A stretch of DNA of 63,946 nucleotides from Octopus bimaculoides. Lineage: Eukaryota. The translations under genes and the position numbers were made by a program. Position 1 is the stretch's first letter. Each line of letters starts with the position of its first letter. Positions 23,891-37,329 of the stretch are shown piece after piece. The stretch is from assembly GCF_001194135.2 (NCBI RefSeq), contig NC_068986.1, positions 50,375,375 through 50,439,320 of the forward strand. The letters run 5' to 3'. The notes under the pieces are model-generated. The model searched no databases. It saw only the letters and a program-made list of their open reading frames with translations, and was not told the DNA's origin.

Positions 23891-25135
23891 GAGATATGGT
23901 CAGCAAGCTAGTAAGAAGTGAGGATTTTAGTGAGCAAGTAGTTATCCATCACTGCTCAAATCTCAGCCTACTCCTGTTTATTGTGGTCCTCCAGGACATA
24001 ACAGAAGAATTTAAGATTGTCTGTCCATGGTAACTGTTATATACTGATGACTCATTCTCATAGTTGATTATGTCATTGAATTGAAGATATTCCAAAAATA
24101 GGAACAAAGCCCAGAATTAAAGAGGTTTGAAAGTAAACATAGCAAATACAAAAGTTTTAGCTATCAGAAAAGAAGCTATGATTCTGTTGCCATCAGAGAG
24201 GTAACCATTATTTATATACCAGCATGGAGAATGGATGGTAAATGGTAATGATGATATACTCAGAAGGGTCCCTAAAAATTACTGATCTTCTATTACTTCT
24301 AATTAGCAGTGAAGGCAGGTACTTTAAGAGCAGAACAACCTCAATAAGAACAAAGATAGAAACATTCAGGGAGCTATTGCCTCTGTTGGCATCAAAGGGA
24401 TTTTCTTTCCCAGTGAATGGAAAATAGTGTAATGTTTGAGTATGAAGTGTAACACTGCATGGTTGTGAAACATGAGCAGTAAATGTGGCAGATATGCAAT
24501 GCTTGTATGTATTGATGTTGGCACTCCGTTGCTTGCGACGTCGAGGGTTCCAGCTGATCTGATCAACGGAACAGCCTGCTCGTGAAATTAACGTGCAAGT
24601 GGCCGAGCACTCCACAGACACGTGTACCCTTAACATTGTTCTCAGGGATATTCAACGTGATACAGTGTGACATGGCTGACCCTTTGAATTACAGGCACAA
24701 TAGAAACAGGAAGTAAGAGTGAGAGAAAGTTGTGGTGAAAGAGTACAGCAGGGTTCGCCACCATCCCCTGCCGGAGCCTCGTGGAGCTTTTAGGTGTTTT
24801 CGCTCAATAAACACTCACAACACCCGGTCTGGGAATCGAAACTGTGATCCTGTGACCGCGAGTCCGCTGCCCTAACCACTGGGCCATTGCGCCTCCACTC
24901 TTGTATGTATAAACAACACATTTTAGATAAGCTGAAAAGAAAAGACTGGCTATCAGAGGAATGTGATGTAGCATCTCAGAGAGAAGTTTGTGGTGCTGGT
25001 ATGGACATGTGATGCATATGAAGGGTGACAGCTAGGTAAAGGAGTGTAAAGAAGGTCAATAAAAAGGATCAGTGTGGAAGTGAAAGACCCAGGAAGACAT
25101 GAAGATAAAGGGTGAGATGGTGTGTTAGGGAAGAA
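23890..25135 (+). mobile_element. Degenerate RTE LINE RT/C-terminal fragment interrupted by a family A SINE
   Basis: LSLLLFIVVLQDITEEFK..CPW*LLYTDD (YADD region), GLKVNIANTKVL, FRELLPLLASKG, LHGCET, WYGHVMHM. Confidence 0.75.
24513..24899 (-). mobile_element. SINE family A nested in an RTE
   Basis: TSD CTTGTATGTAT at 24502 and 24900. Confidence 0.9.
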
Positions 25136-25370
25136 CCATCCAGCCCATGTAAGCATTCAAAAGTAGGCATAAATAAAAATGATGAGAATTACTAAAATAT
25201 TCTTTTATTTCACATACACACACCACATGTCCTCATTTAATGTTTAATCAACTTGGATTCTGGAGGGTGTTAACTTGCTTTTCGTAACAATAACAGCACT
25301 AATAGTTTTTTCTCTTCATTGCATATGTAATTTTAACTGATTAAAAATTTCTTAGGGATCACTACATTAA

Positions 25371-25585
25371 CTCTTTAGCATTTAAACAAGCCATATCCAG
25401 TCCAAATATTCTACCTGTTTTATGTTCAAACTGGTTAGATCTGGCTTCTCACACTTAACCTATGATCTCATTCTCAAAGTAAACAATCACATCATCAAAA
25501 TCTTAAAGCTACAAGATCTATGATAAATACAAAACAATATGAATGAATGAGTACTACATTTGACAAAGTAATCAATGCTAAAGGG
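25371..25585. mobile_element. piggyBac-like MITE
   Basis: TTAA-CTCTTTAGCATT ... AATGCTAAAGGG-CTAA; 11/12 TIR match. Confidence 0.75.
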
Positions 25586-25615
25586 CTAAGTATGTTAGCC
25601 CTATTTGACTACAGA

Positions 25616-25674
<59 letters not shown>

Positions 25675-25675
<1 letters not shown>

Positions 25676-26073
25676 TGTAAATCCTCGAGTATAATCCGTA
25701 CATTTTTTCCCAAAATTTAAAGGTCAAAATTTCTAGTGTGTACTATATACGAGGTTAGAAATGAAAAATATTTTCTAAGCAAAATTTTCCAAGTGATAAA
25801 TATGTAAAGGCATTTTAATTAATATTTATTTTTCACTGAAGTTATTACTGTTATTTCTTTATTTTCTGCAAACAAAGTGCACAAAAAAGCTACACATTTG
25901 CATTATGTTATGTATACAATAATAATAAAGGACGTTACCGTATATACATTTACAAACCAAGGACTTTATATAGACCTCATTGACTCAAGTTAGAGAAGGG
26001 GTGCGTATTATACACAAGATTTAGAGGTACAACCCCCTAAAAACCTCCTGCGTATTATACTCAAGGATTTACA

Positions 26074-26074
<1 letters not shown>
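25675..26074. mobile_element. Tc1/mariner-pogo-like MITE inserted in (TA)n
   Basis: TIRs CTGTAAATCCT(C/T)GAGTATAAT(C/A)CG at both ends; TA flanks. Confidence 0.85.
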
Positions 26075-26120
<46 letters not shown>

Positions 26121-26382
26121 GAAGGCACATAGCTTAGTGGTTAGGGTGTTGCACTCATGATTGCAAGATCGTGGGTTCGATTCCCAGACGGGGTGTTGTG
26201 TTCTTAAGCAAAACACTTCATTTTATGTTGCTCTGCGATCATTTCATCATCTGACATGTGGCACATGGTGCATCTGTACAGGAAATGTTGATTTGATGGA
26301 GGGATTGAGCTTATGTGTACACAAACATTTGATCACTACAAACAAATCATCTGTCGTCTAACAACAGGAGAGTCCATGATAG

Positions 26383-26421
<39 letters not shown>

Positions 26422-26510
26422 NNNNNNNNNNATAATCCTTTCTACAATAAAGTACAAGGCTTGAAATTTTGGCAGGAGTGGATGAGTTGAGTATATTGAC
26501 CCCAGTACTC

Positions 26511-26670
26511 ATCATCATCATCATCGTTTAACGTCCACTTTCCATGCTAGCATGGGTTGGACGATTTGATTGAGGACTGGCGAACCAGATGGCTACACCA
26601 GGCTCCAATCTGATTTGGCAGAGTTTCTACATCTGGATGCTCTTCCTAACGCCAACCACTCAGAGAGTGT
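26511..26670 (-). mobile_element. RTE 3' UTR fragment inserted into a family C SINE
   Basis: (ATC)n tail. 7-bp target duplication AGTACTC at 26504-26510 and 26671-26677. Confidence 0.75.
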
Positions 26671-26867
26671 AGTACTCAATTGGTACTTATTTTATAAACC
26701 CTGGAAAGGATGAAAGATAAAGTTGACCTCAGCGGAATTTGAACTCAACATAAAGTCAGAAGAGATACTTCTAAGCATTTTATCAGGCATGCTGTCGATT
26801 CGGCTAGCTTGCTGCCTTCATTATTTGAATACTAATAATAATATTAACCAAAAATACATTTTTTCAT

Positions 26868-26906
<39 letters not shown>

Positions 26907-27238
26907 TACATCCATAAACACATAATTACATGTACTCATTAGATCAAGCTGATGCCACATAAAATGCATCTATCAGTGGCTGCGTTAGAAGCACCCAGCA
27001 CACTCTGTAAAGTGGTTAGTGTTAAGAAGGGCATCCAGCCTTAGAAACCATGACAAAACAAACAACTGAAGCCTAGACGGTTCCTGTCCATCTAACCCAT
27101 GCCAGCATGGAAAATGGATGTTAAATTATAAAGGTGATGATGACGTTTAATTGCCATGCTAGAGAAGAGACAAATCCATAGCAGTCAGTTTTTTCTTCTT
27201 CAGAAAAAAAAAAAAAATTCTGTATAGGATTCACCCAT

Positions 27239-27420
27239 AGGCGTAGGAGTGGCTGTGTGGTAAGTAGCTTGCTTACAAACCACATGGTTCCGGGTTCAGT
27301 CCCACTGCGTGGCACCTTGGGCAAGTGTCTTCTACTATAGCCTCGGGCTGACCAAAGCCTTGTGAGTGGATTTGGTAGACGGAAACTGAAAGAAGCCCAT
27401 CGTATATATATGTATGTATG

Positions 27421-27485
<65 letters not shown>

Positions 27486-27700
27486 GTGTTTGTGTGTGTG
27501 TTTGTCCCCCCACCATCGCTTGACAACCGGTGCTGGTGTGTTTACGTCCCCATAACTTAACGGTTCGGCAAATGAGACCGATAGAATAAGTACTGAGCTT
27601 ACAAAGAATAAGTCCTGGTGTCAATTTGCTCGACTGTAAAGGCGGTGCTCCAGCATGGCCACGGTGAAATGACTGAAACAAGTAAATGAGAGTAAAGAGA
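27239..27700 (+). mobile_element. SINE family B
   Basis: Full copy with an internal (TA)n/(TG)n. Confidence 0.9.
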
Positions 27701-28993
27701 GTATTTAGCGATTAGTCTTCAACTCAATGCTTTTGTATCCTATGATGATGATATTTTTATATTTCCAGTACCATGATCTATGCTGTGATCTTGACCACAT
27801 TGACGCTACTACATACATCTAAATGGCTTATGCACTCATCTGAATATGAGAGAGAAAGATATACGCAGATGTGGAGGGCTCTAAAATGTATAGGAGAAAA
27901 TATGCTTCCACATGCTGTATTAGTTTACACATTTGGTTAGTGTTTCAGAGTGCAGAGTTCAAGCCTAGGATCTTTCATCTTTAAATTTGGTTTCAGTCAG
28001 AGTATTGTGACCTTGCTGGATCTAGCCAAACAAATTAACCCCACTACTTTTCTTTTTTGTCTGGTACTTATGCTATTGATCTCATTTGCTGAACTGCTGT
28101 GTTACAGGACATCTACAAATGAACACACATTGTCAAACGCTGGGTCTCACACACACAAACACACACACGGGATAACAGGGTCCATTGACAGAAATTTAAC
28201 TATATAACTTTTCGTTGCTAAAGAACAACATCAGTGGACCTGTTGTTCTTTCGTCTGTCTGAAATTGGTTCATTTTATTATATCGTAATTGTTATTATTA
28301 TATCATATCATAATCTGCAAGGCAGACCAGCTGGCAGAATTGTTAGCATGTTGGACAAAATGCTTCTTGGCATTTTGTCCTTCACGTTCCAAATTCAAAT
28401 TCCGCTGAGATCAACTTTACCTTTCATCCTTTCAGAGTTGGTAAAGTAAGTATCAGTTGAGTATTGAAATTAATGTAATCAACCTACCCACTCCTGTGAA
28501 ATTGCTGGCCTTGAGCCAAAATTTGTAATCATAATTATATCATAAGCTTATATGCATATTATATCATTAGCTGTTAATAAGTCTTTCTTTATTTGGTATT
28601 TTGCTTTTCTTTTTCCTTGGGTTTTTATCTTTCAGTCAGGTAATAAGGTAGTGCTTTTGGTTCATTACAAGACCTCCAAGACTGATGGGAGGGAGGTATC
28701 TTCAAAAACGTTACCGGGTCCAAATGCTTGCAACAAAATAGATTCTACCAAAGGCTTTCAAAGTGTCAGGTGGTGGTGGTGTTAAACCAAGCAAAGGGTT
28801 AAATCTACCACCCCAGTAGGTCATGGTGAGATCTAAACTCAAAACATGAAGAGTCGGAACAAAATCTACAAGATATTTGGTTTGATGTTCTCATAGTTCC
28901 ACAAATCTTGCTACTTTGGATTAGTATTTTTTTTTATTACCCCTAAAAGATAAAAGGTAAAGTTGACCTTGACAGGGTTTGAACTCAGAGCAC

Positions 28994-29366
28994 TCCGTCG
29001 GTTATGACGTCGAGGGTTCCAGTTGATCCAATCAACGGAACTGCCTGCTCATGAAATTAATGTGCAAGTGGCTGAGCACTCCACAGACACGTGTACCCTT
29101 AACGTAGTTCTCAGGGATATTCAGCGTGACACAGTGTGACAAGGCTGACCCTTTGAATTACAGGCACAACAGAAACAGGAAGTAAGAGTGAGAGAAAGTT
29201 ACGGTGGAAGAGTACAGCAGGGTTCACCACCATCTCCTGCCGGAGCCTCGTGGAGCTTTAGATGTTTTCACTCAATAATCACTCACAACGCCCGGTCTGG
29301 GAATCGAAACCGCGATCCTATGACCACGAGTCCGCTGCCCTAATCACTGGGCTATTGCGCCTCCAC
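28994..29366 (-). mobile_element. SINE family A nested in a family C SINE
   Basis: 14-bp TSD TGAACTCAGAGCAC at 28980 and 29367. Confidence 0.9.
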
Positions 29367-30269
29367 TGAACTCAGAGCACAGCAAGCTGAAATAAATACC
29401 ACATAGCATTATGTCCCATGCTCTAATGATTCTTCCAATTTGCCACTTTAGATTAGATTAGATTGCCCATGTTGAGTCCACTGCAGGATGAAGGCTTCAG
29501 CCTGTTCTTTCTATTATCGACAGGCTGATGTGGAGGCTGTGAATTTGAGCCTGGGTTTGATGAGCCTACTCTGCCACACTGGCTCAACATCGCTTAGCTC
29601 AAAGGTGCAGTTTTTCATTTTCATACTCATATGCAAGAATGCTTAAGTTGATTACATTGACCCCAGTGTTCAGCTGGTACTTATTTTATCGACCCTGAGA
29701 GGATGAAAAGCGAAGTCAACTTCAGTGGAATTTGAACCCAGAACATAAAGACAGACATAACGCTGCAAAGCATTTTGCTTGGCATACTATCAATCCTGCC
29801 AGCTCCCCACCAACTTAGATAATTAGGTCAAACCCAATAATCTGAATATGTTAACTAAGTTCACACTTTGACAAAGCCAACTTAACTGTATATCACTTCT
29901 GATTCAATGAAAATAAGTGCTAGTTATTCTAAAGGGTGATGGGGGAATAGATATTGCATACTGGACATATGGTGGTAATTTCAAGCTTTACTTCAATTCA
30001 TAGATGTCCTGGACAAAGTGTATTACTACACTGGTGGCATCAGTGTATAGAGCTTAATTTATTGACCTTAGAGGGATGAAAGGTTGTGTCAGCTTCCGTA
30101 GCATTTGAACTATGGAAACAAGAGCTAAATATTATAATTAATTCAATCTGATGTTTGGTTGTATTAGTGATCTCAAGACTCCACACTTGTAAATATTTAA
30201 ATATTATTGGATTATTAATATTGCTTTTTTTTTTTTATAAATGTTAAACTGATTTTTTTTTTATAGATG

Positions 30270-30320
30270 CTGACTAATTTCTTTTTTTTTTTTTTTTCTT
30301 TCTTTTAATTTCAGCTTCAG
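30270..30320 (+). promoter_or_regulatory. 3' splice site of the tsh coding exon (branch point, polypyrimidine tract, tandem AG acceptors at 30313-14 and 30319-20)
   Basis: CTGACTAAT at 30270-30278, then a long T/C tract, then TTTCAG|CTTCAG|ATG. Both AGs enter the ORF in phase 1 and the frame is open from 30314 to the ATG at 30335. Confidence 0.85.
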
Positions 30321-33300
30321 ATGAAGATAACAGCATGAAACAGAAATCAAATGACTCAGTAGAAGGTGACGGAGACAAAGATCTGGATGATGAACAGGAC
30401 TCTAATTCACAGTCAAGCCAACCAGACAATGAATCCGACTTTGGATCTCCGCCAGAACAACCAAGCCCTCAAGCCAAAGGTCAGGTGAAAGTGGAATCGA
30501 AAATACTGACTCCACCGCCACCGCCACCACCACCACCTGTGTGCACCCCTACAAAAGGATCACCGCTCAGAGACATGACACCACCATCTCCACTACGTCG
30601 TAGTTCAGTCATTACAGACAATTCGTTGTCTGGTCAGTCATCAGTAACGTTACCACCTCACACCGCTACAGCAACCATACCGGTGTCAGTTATCACTCGG
30701 ACTATTTCCCATTCTTCACACAATCTGACCACATCGAGACAAAGTGTCCGGGATCAGTACAAACCCATCAACGGTCTATATCGGTCACTTGGTAGTAGTG
30801 TTAGCCATAGCAGTAACAACAGTACCACGTCCGGTAGTCATCACACTAGCCATCACCGTAGCAACAATGCTCATTCACATATCATCAACAACACCGCTAA
30901 CAGCAGCACCAACACCATGACATCAAATACAACTCCATCCCGAACAACAAACCATCACATGACAGCCAGCTCTAGCAGTAATTCCGACGAACCATTGGAT
31001 TTGTCAAAGAAAACCAAAACCAAAACTCACACATCACCCCTCTCAGTCTCGAATGGCATCAGTGGGGGTTTGTCTTCAAGTTTGAAGAGTCTCCAACAAC
31101 GGTTTGGCGGTGATTTCCACATAAATGGTACCAATATCCGAGTGAACAAATCCATCGAAGATCCAGTAGTTATCAGTCAGCTTCCAGTCAATCACTTCAG
31201 CACAAGTCACCTGATCAGTAGCAATCTGTCCGACTATAGCAACAATGTCAACACAGATGTAGGGTCCAGTCTGAAGGTGAACAGCAACAATTCGTTGATG
31301 AGTCAAATGGTGGAGACACCGAGTGACAGCTGCACGGAAGGTGGCAGCGGCAGCAGCCGATACACAACACACAGGTGCTCTTGTCAGAAGGTATTTAGCA
31401 CACTGTATGACTTGAGTATCCATCTTCAAGAGACACATCACATACCTCCTGGCAGCAAAGATGCTAGTCTGATGGAGTACCCAAAACTTGTACGAGGTCA
31501 GGATATGTGGCTAAACCAGGAGTCCGAACAGACCAGGCGTATTCTGCGTTGCATGCAGTGTGGCGAGTCATTTAAGACACTTCCTGAGTTGACTTTGCAT
31601 ATGATGCAAACTCAACACTATACGAAAATTGTCAGTTCAGATCATGGTCGCAGGTCACATAAATGCTCCTCTTACTGTGATCGAGATCTTGAAAAAGAGT
31701 GTATCTTTAAGTGTAAGGTTTGCCAGGAGACCTACAATGATATGGAAGGTTTAGCAAACCACATGATTATGTCAGGACATCACAAGAAACAAATTCTACG
31801 TTCTTATAATTCCCCAGAAATCCTGTTACGAGCACGACGGAAGCGTCCCTTCAGCAGCGAGGACAAGCTTGGTCTAGGTGCTAACCCCACTGTTGCAACT
31901 TTATTGGAGTTTAAACGCAAATGTGTCAGCCACGAGAGCTTAAACAGTCCAAATGTAAAGTTCACTGATATAGTTGCCAAAGATGAAGATGGCTATATTA
32001 CTTGTGAGAACTGTGGAAAATGCATTGAGATGCAGGTATTTGTAGAACATATCCGCACATGTGTACGGCAGCGATCAGGTGTCATCGATGCCCTAAAGAT
32101 GAAACTGAACGCTGACGATGATCAGCGCCGACAACAGAAAAAGGTTGAAACTCCAAACGCAAACACAGGTTCCAATATCAGTAATCCAGTCCGAAAAACA
32201 AGCCCTAATCGGCCAACAGTTCCTGACAGCACAGATTATGATATCACCAAAGTAAAAACCGAGCCGAAAGAAGTGGATGAAAGGTGTGATAGTTTGAAGG
32301 AAGTACCAGTGTGTAGTCCATCGAAATTGGAACCAAAAACTGAGATTATGGAAAGCTCAACACCTGAAGAGAAAGTAAATAATCTGAAAGTGATACTTCC
32401 TCGAGTTTCTGAAGAGGACAGCAACGGTAACAGTAACAACAACACAACAAATATCCGTAAAGAAACAGATAAGGTACACTTAGACATAATCGATCCTGGT
32501 TGCAGCGATACAGGTGGACTTTCAGCACTTCGAGCAATGGAATCATTTATACAAAAGAGTTTCAAAACTAAATTTGATAAGAGTAGTAGTCATAAAGAAG
32601 TGTCCAACAACACCAGCTCTTCAAGCAGCTCGACAACAGCAGTCACCCAAGAAATTAAACGAGTAACGACACCTGAAAGCCCATCGTCGAGATACATCCA
32701 GATTCCAAGCCAACAGAAACCTAGTCTGCGAAGTAGTTCTTACTTTCCGACTGTGCCTTCGAGCCAGCCTGCTTTGTGCCAGGAAACAAACGACGAAGGT
32801 GGCTCGGAGCAAGAAAGTAACGAGTCCTTCAAAACGGCCGGCAAAGAACTACAGTCTTTATCAGATATGTGCGAACAGATTACAAAGCAAGTGAACACAC
32901 CAAGTGTAAAATCCGAAGAGAAGATTCTGTCCAGTTCCAGTGATATCAATAAAGAAGAGAATTCCAAGAGCCCCACTGCAAGTGCTGAGAAGAAACTGTG
33001 TAAAGAAGCCCTTGAAGAAAAATACCTTCAGCTGCCGCCAACTACAGAGCCTAGCTCTTCACATTCCTCTGCTCTCGACTCTTTAAGCAGTTTTGTCTAT
33101 GGTCAGCCTATGACATGTGAACATCCCTTAGATAGCTTACAAAAACTGATAACAAACACAGATAGCATGAAATTACCCTCAAACGATAGTCATCCCTCCA
33201 AGTGCCAGACAGTTATTCCCTCTTCATCGCCAGAGATTGCTATTCCATTGAATTTATCGACAAAATGTCAAAAAGATGAAGATAAGGAAAAAGTTTCTGA

Positions 33301-33625
33301 CCGGGAAGAATCGTCTGTCTTGGACAATTCTACTGATGCTGGCCATGGGGATCTAACTTCTCCGGCCAGCGATTCTGACAGTGGTGATTATAAATGTCCA
33401 GCCTGTAGTCGGCAGTGTGCGTCGAAAGGCTCCTGTCGCTACCACCTGAGCCGGTGTCATTTGTCATCTGTGAAAAAATTTAGCATTCGTGATCCGTTCA
33501 GCATGAGTCCATTTGTCTATCTACCTCTGGATCATACGGCTAAGTTTACCAAATACTATGAGATGGCACATGAACTTGCAAACAAGGGCAGTGTCTCACA
33601 TGAACTCACTGCGAAGGGCAAGTAA
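30315..33625 (+). CDS. tsh: Teashirt/tiptop family C2H2 zinc-finger transcription factor, main coding exon (about 1100 aa; first in-exon ATG at 30335)
   Basis: Uninterrupted 1096-aa ORF. PLDLS at nt 30992-31006. ZF1 CSC..F..L..H....H at 31376. KLVRGQDMWL linker followed by ZF2 CMQCGESFKTLPELTLHMMQTQHY at 31550. ZF3 CKVC..H....H at 31712. C2HC CENC-x11-HIRTC at 32003. HPLDSLQKL motif. PLNLS at 33245. C-terminal ZF CPAC-x12-HLSRCH at 33395 and a KFTKYYEMA tail. These match the tsh/tio layout as recalled. Confidence 0.93.
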
Positions 33626-33661
33626 CCACAATCACAAATATTGTGGTAACTCAGCTCTAGA

Positions 33662-33687
33662 AATAAAATAAAAATGAAAAAAATAAA
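33662..33687 (+). promoter_or_regulatory. Clustered AATAAA polyadenylation signals just after the tsh stop codon
   Basis: AATAAA at 33662, 33667 and 33682. The context is A-rich, so these may be incidental. Confidence 0.35.
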
Positions 33688-34896
33688 ATAAGATAAAATA
33701 TTATAAATACAGATATCTATATTGACGTGTGATGGTGTATGTGTATATGTGTGTGCGTGTGTGCATGTGTGTGTATATGTCACCATATACGTCTGTGTAT
33801 GATTGTGTACGAGTGTACATACATGTATATATATATATGTATGTGTGTGTATATATGTATATATATATATAAATGAATATACATATGTGTATGGATGTAT
33901 GTATATTTACATGCATATATATATCTATCTATGTATGTATATATGTATATTATGACAATTCAATGTATGTTAATTTGCATACAAGAAGTGTGTGTATTAC
34001 AATTATTATTATGATAATTACTATTAATATAATTATAATTATTATAATTATTATTATTATAATTATTATTATGCAAGGATATTCTTGTAATCTTTATTAT
34101 CATTGATATATAAATATCTCCCCATCCCCTTCTCATTCCAACACACCAGGAGTTCGCTATTTTTTCCTCTCTCGTCTTCTTTCATTGTTTTTTTTTGTTT
34201 TTTTTTCCTCTCAAAATATTATAAAAAAAAAATTCATTAAAATTGTTTCACTTTTTTTTCAAATTTCTTTCATGTTATTTTTTGATAAAAGTTATGTTAA
34301 CATCGTTGTCTGTGCGTCTCTATATGCGACTTGGCACTTGTATATTCTTTTATTGGTTTCAGCGATAAGGCTGCGACCATGCTTCAGCACCACCCTGTAC
34401 TTGTTTTATCGATCTATACCTTACAAAGATGCCACAAAGGAACACAGCTCTAATATAAGCAAACATAGAGGTGTATAAATACAATAAAGGCTTCTGCATG
34501 ATTATCTTCTACCAAATTTCAGTCACGAGATATTGGTCATCCCAAGACTACATACAGAATGACACTTGTCCAAAATACCGCACAATATGACCAACACTGG
34601 AATCTGCATGGCTGCAAAATAAACCTCCTAACTGCATTCGCTGAGATGGATTTTTACAGCTAGATGTCCTTCCTTTAAAATGAAGGTACAATCCATTTAA
34701 CAGATGACTACACACTTTTTATCTACGCCGTATCACTCATAAGCTTGAGTCAATCCAAGGTTACAGTAAAAAAAAAAAAAAAACGACACTTGTCTAAGAT
34801 GCTACAAGGTGAGATTGAACCCAGAACCTATTGACTGCAAAATGAACTCCTTGACTACTTGCCATACCCGTCCCTTTATACATACATATACACATA

Positions 34897-35059
34897 GGCA
34901 CAGGAGTGGCTGTGTGGTAAGTAGCTTGCTTATCAACCACATGGTTCCGGGTTCAGTCCCACTGTGTGACACCTTGGGCAAGTGTCTTCTACTATAGCCT
35001 CGGGCTGACCAAAGCCTTGTGAGTGGATTTGGTAGACGGAAACTGAAAGAAGCCCGTCG

Positions 35060-35092
<33 letters not shown>

Positions 35093-35300
35093 TTGTGTGT
35101 CTATGTTTGTCCCCCCCCCCAACATCGCTTGACAATCGATGCTGGTGTGTTTACGTCCCCGTAACTTAGCGGTTCGGCTAAAGAGACCAATAGAATAATG
35201 ACTAGGCTTACAAAGAATAAGTCCTGGGGTCGATTTGCTCGACTAAAGGCAGTGCTCCAGCATGGCCGCAGTCAAATGACTGAAACATGTAAAAGAGAGA
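34897..35300 (+). mobile_element. SINE family B
   Basis: Full copy. Confidence 0.9.
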
Positions 35301-36624
35301 GTATACAAAAGTTCTGTCTATGAGTTCACATTTGTGACTGCTGTATGTGTAAATGTATGTAAATATGGTCATTCCTTTTCCCTGTCTACCTCGATTGGGA
35401 ATATTTATGTTCAAAGATGTCCCAGCCTTGACCATCACCACTTTTTGAATATCATGATGATAATGACAAGACTTTTAACCCCTTGGGGGTCATTGAGGCA
35501 CTGCAGCCATGCAGCATATCTAGAATGAGAAAGCCTGGCAGAGCCCATCTCTCTCCAGGCTAAACTCATTTCTACAGCTGAGTGGACACGAGCAATGTGA
35601 AATGAAGTGTTTTGCTTAAGAACTCAATGGATCATCCAGTCCAGGAATCAAAACCACAATCTTACGGTCATGAATCCAACACCCTAACCACTAAGTCATA
35701 CACCTCCACTAGTGATACTCATTTCTACAGCTGAGAGGACTGGAACAACATGAAGTGAAGTGTTTTGCTCAAGAACACGATGGATTGGCTAGTCCAGGGA
35801 TCGAAACCACAATCTTACGTTCAGGAGTCCAACACCCTAACCACTAAGCCATGCACCACCACTTTCTGAATATCTAGGACTATATTTTCCAATGTCATCT
35901 TCCGTTGTTTTTTTTTTCTCTTTTGAGTTGTTAAAAACAGGAAGCAGAAGGTATGGTTGGGCGGTTAAGAGGCTTGCTTCTAATCATGTGGTCTTAGGTT
36001 CTGGCCCCGAGTGTGACATTTTAGGCAAAAGCGGAACCCAAAAGTGTGTATGTATGCATGTGTGTTTTGCATGTGTCACTGCCTTGACATAAAGGCTGCA
36101 AACATCAGTCATACAAGCAGTGTTGTTCATTTCTGGTTTTCTGTGAAAAACATATATGGCCATAGGGAAATATTATCTTGCTTGGAAACAGAAAAAGCAT
36201 CCAGCTGTAAAAAATGTGCCTCAACAAATTCCATTTGACCCATGCAAGCGTGGAAAAGTGGATGTTAAAATGATAATGATGATAAAAGGGTGTGATTTGG
36301 CAGCTATTTCTAAAAAAAGTCAAGTGACAATTAAGCAGTCCCTTTATCAACTACTCCCCATAACTGTATATGTGTATACAATTACGTGTATATTTAGAAA
36401 TTATTTTTTAAAAAAATCTCATATTATGTGTATAATATGTATATCAGTTACATATATTGTGGTTACTGATGTTTAGCTCCAGTCAAGTCAGCTGTGATCC
36501 CAAAGACCAACAAAAAGTTTTCTAGACCAAACTGTCCAAAGTTTCTCGCATTTTTAAAAGAGTGGGGGAGTTGTTCAAGGGAGTCTTCCCTATTATTTCT
36601 TATTTCTTTATTGCCCACAAGGGG

Positions 36625-36835
36625 CTAAACCATAGAGGGGACAAACAAGAACAGACAAAGGGATTTAGTCAATTGGATTGACTCCAGTGTGTAACTGGTA
36701 CTTAATTTATCGACCCCAAAAGGATGAAAGGCGAAGTCAACCTCGGCGGAATTTGAACTCAGAACGTAACAGCAGACGAAATACCGCTAAGCATTTTGCC
36801 CGGCGTGCTAATGTTTCTGCCAGCTCGCCGCCTTA
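36625..36835 (-). mobile_element. SINE family C (close to consensus)
   Basis: CpG-rich, little-diverged copy. Confidence 0.85.
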
Positions 36836-37329
36836 TTCCCTGTTATTTCTAGCAGGTAGAACAATCACGTAAAACCTCCTTTGTTGAGCCTAGATACACA
36901 CACACACACACACACACACAAAGTATGTGTTTTGTCAATTTATAGGCAGGCTGTGGTTGTAGGTCTAAAAGCATGTATTCTCATGAATTCACTTGGTGTT
37001 AAAACACCGGGAAATAATAAGACAAGTGAGATAACTTGTACCAGATCCCATTACAAGAGCAATAGACATTTATGTTTTGTTATCTTCGTGACTTCTCAAT
37101 ACCACATACCACTGTCAAGTCACAAAGATGACAAAACATTAATGTCTATTGCTCCTGTAACAGGACCTGATGCAGGTTATCTTATCAATGACTTTCAGGT
37201 GTTTCAACACCAGGTGAATTGGTTAGAATATATTCTCTTATGCCTATAGTTTCAGCCTGTCCACAAACTGACTAAACACATACCTTGTGTAAATCTTTTC
37301 AATATTGTTTATATATATACATATATATA

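Noticed and set aside
31076-32976. Minus-strand ORFs overlapping the tsh exon
   Set aside because: Antisense shadows of a long coding exon with no domain motifs.
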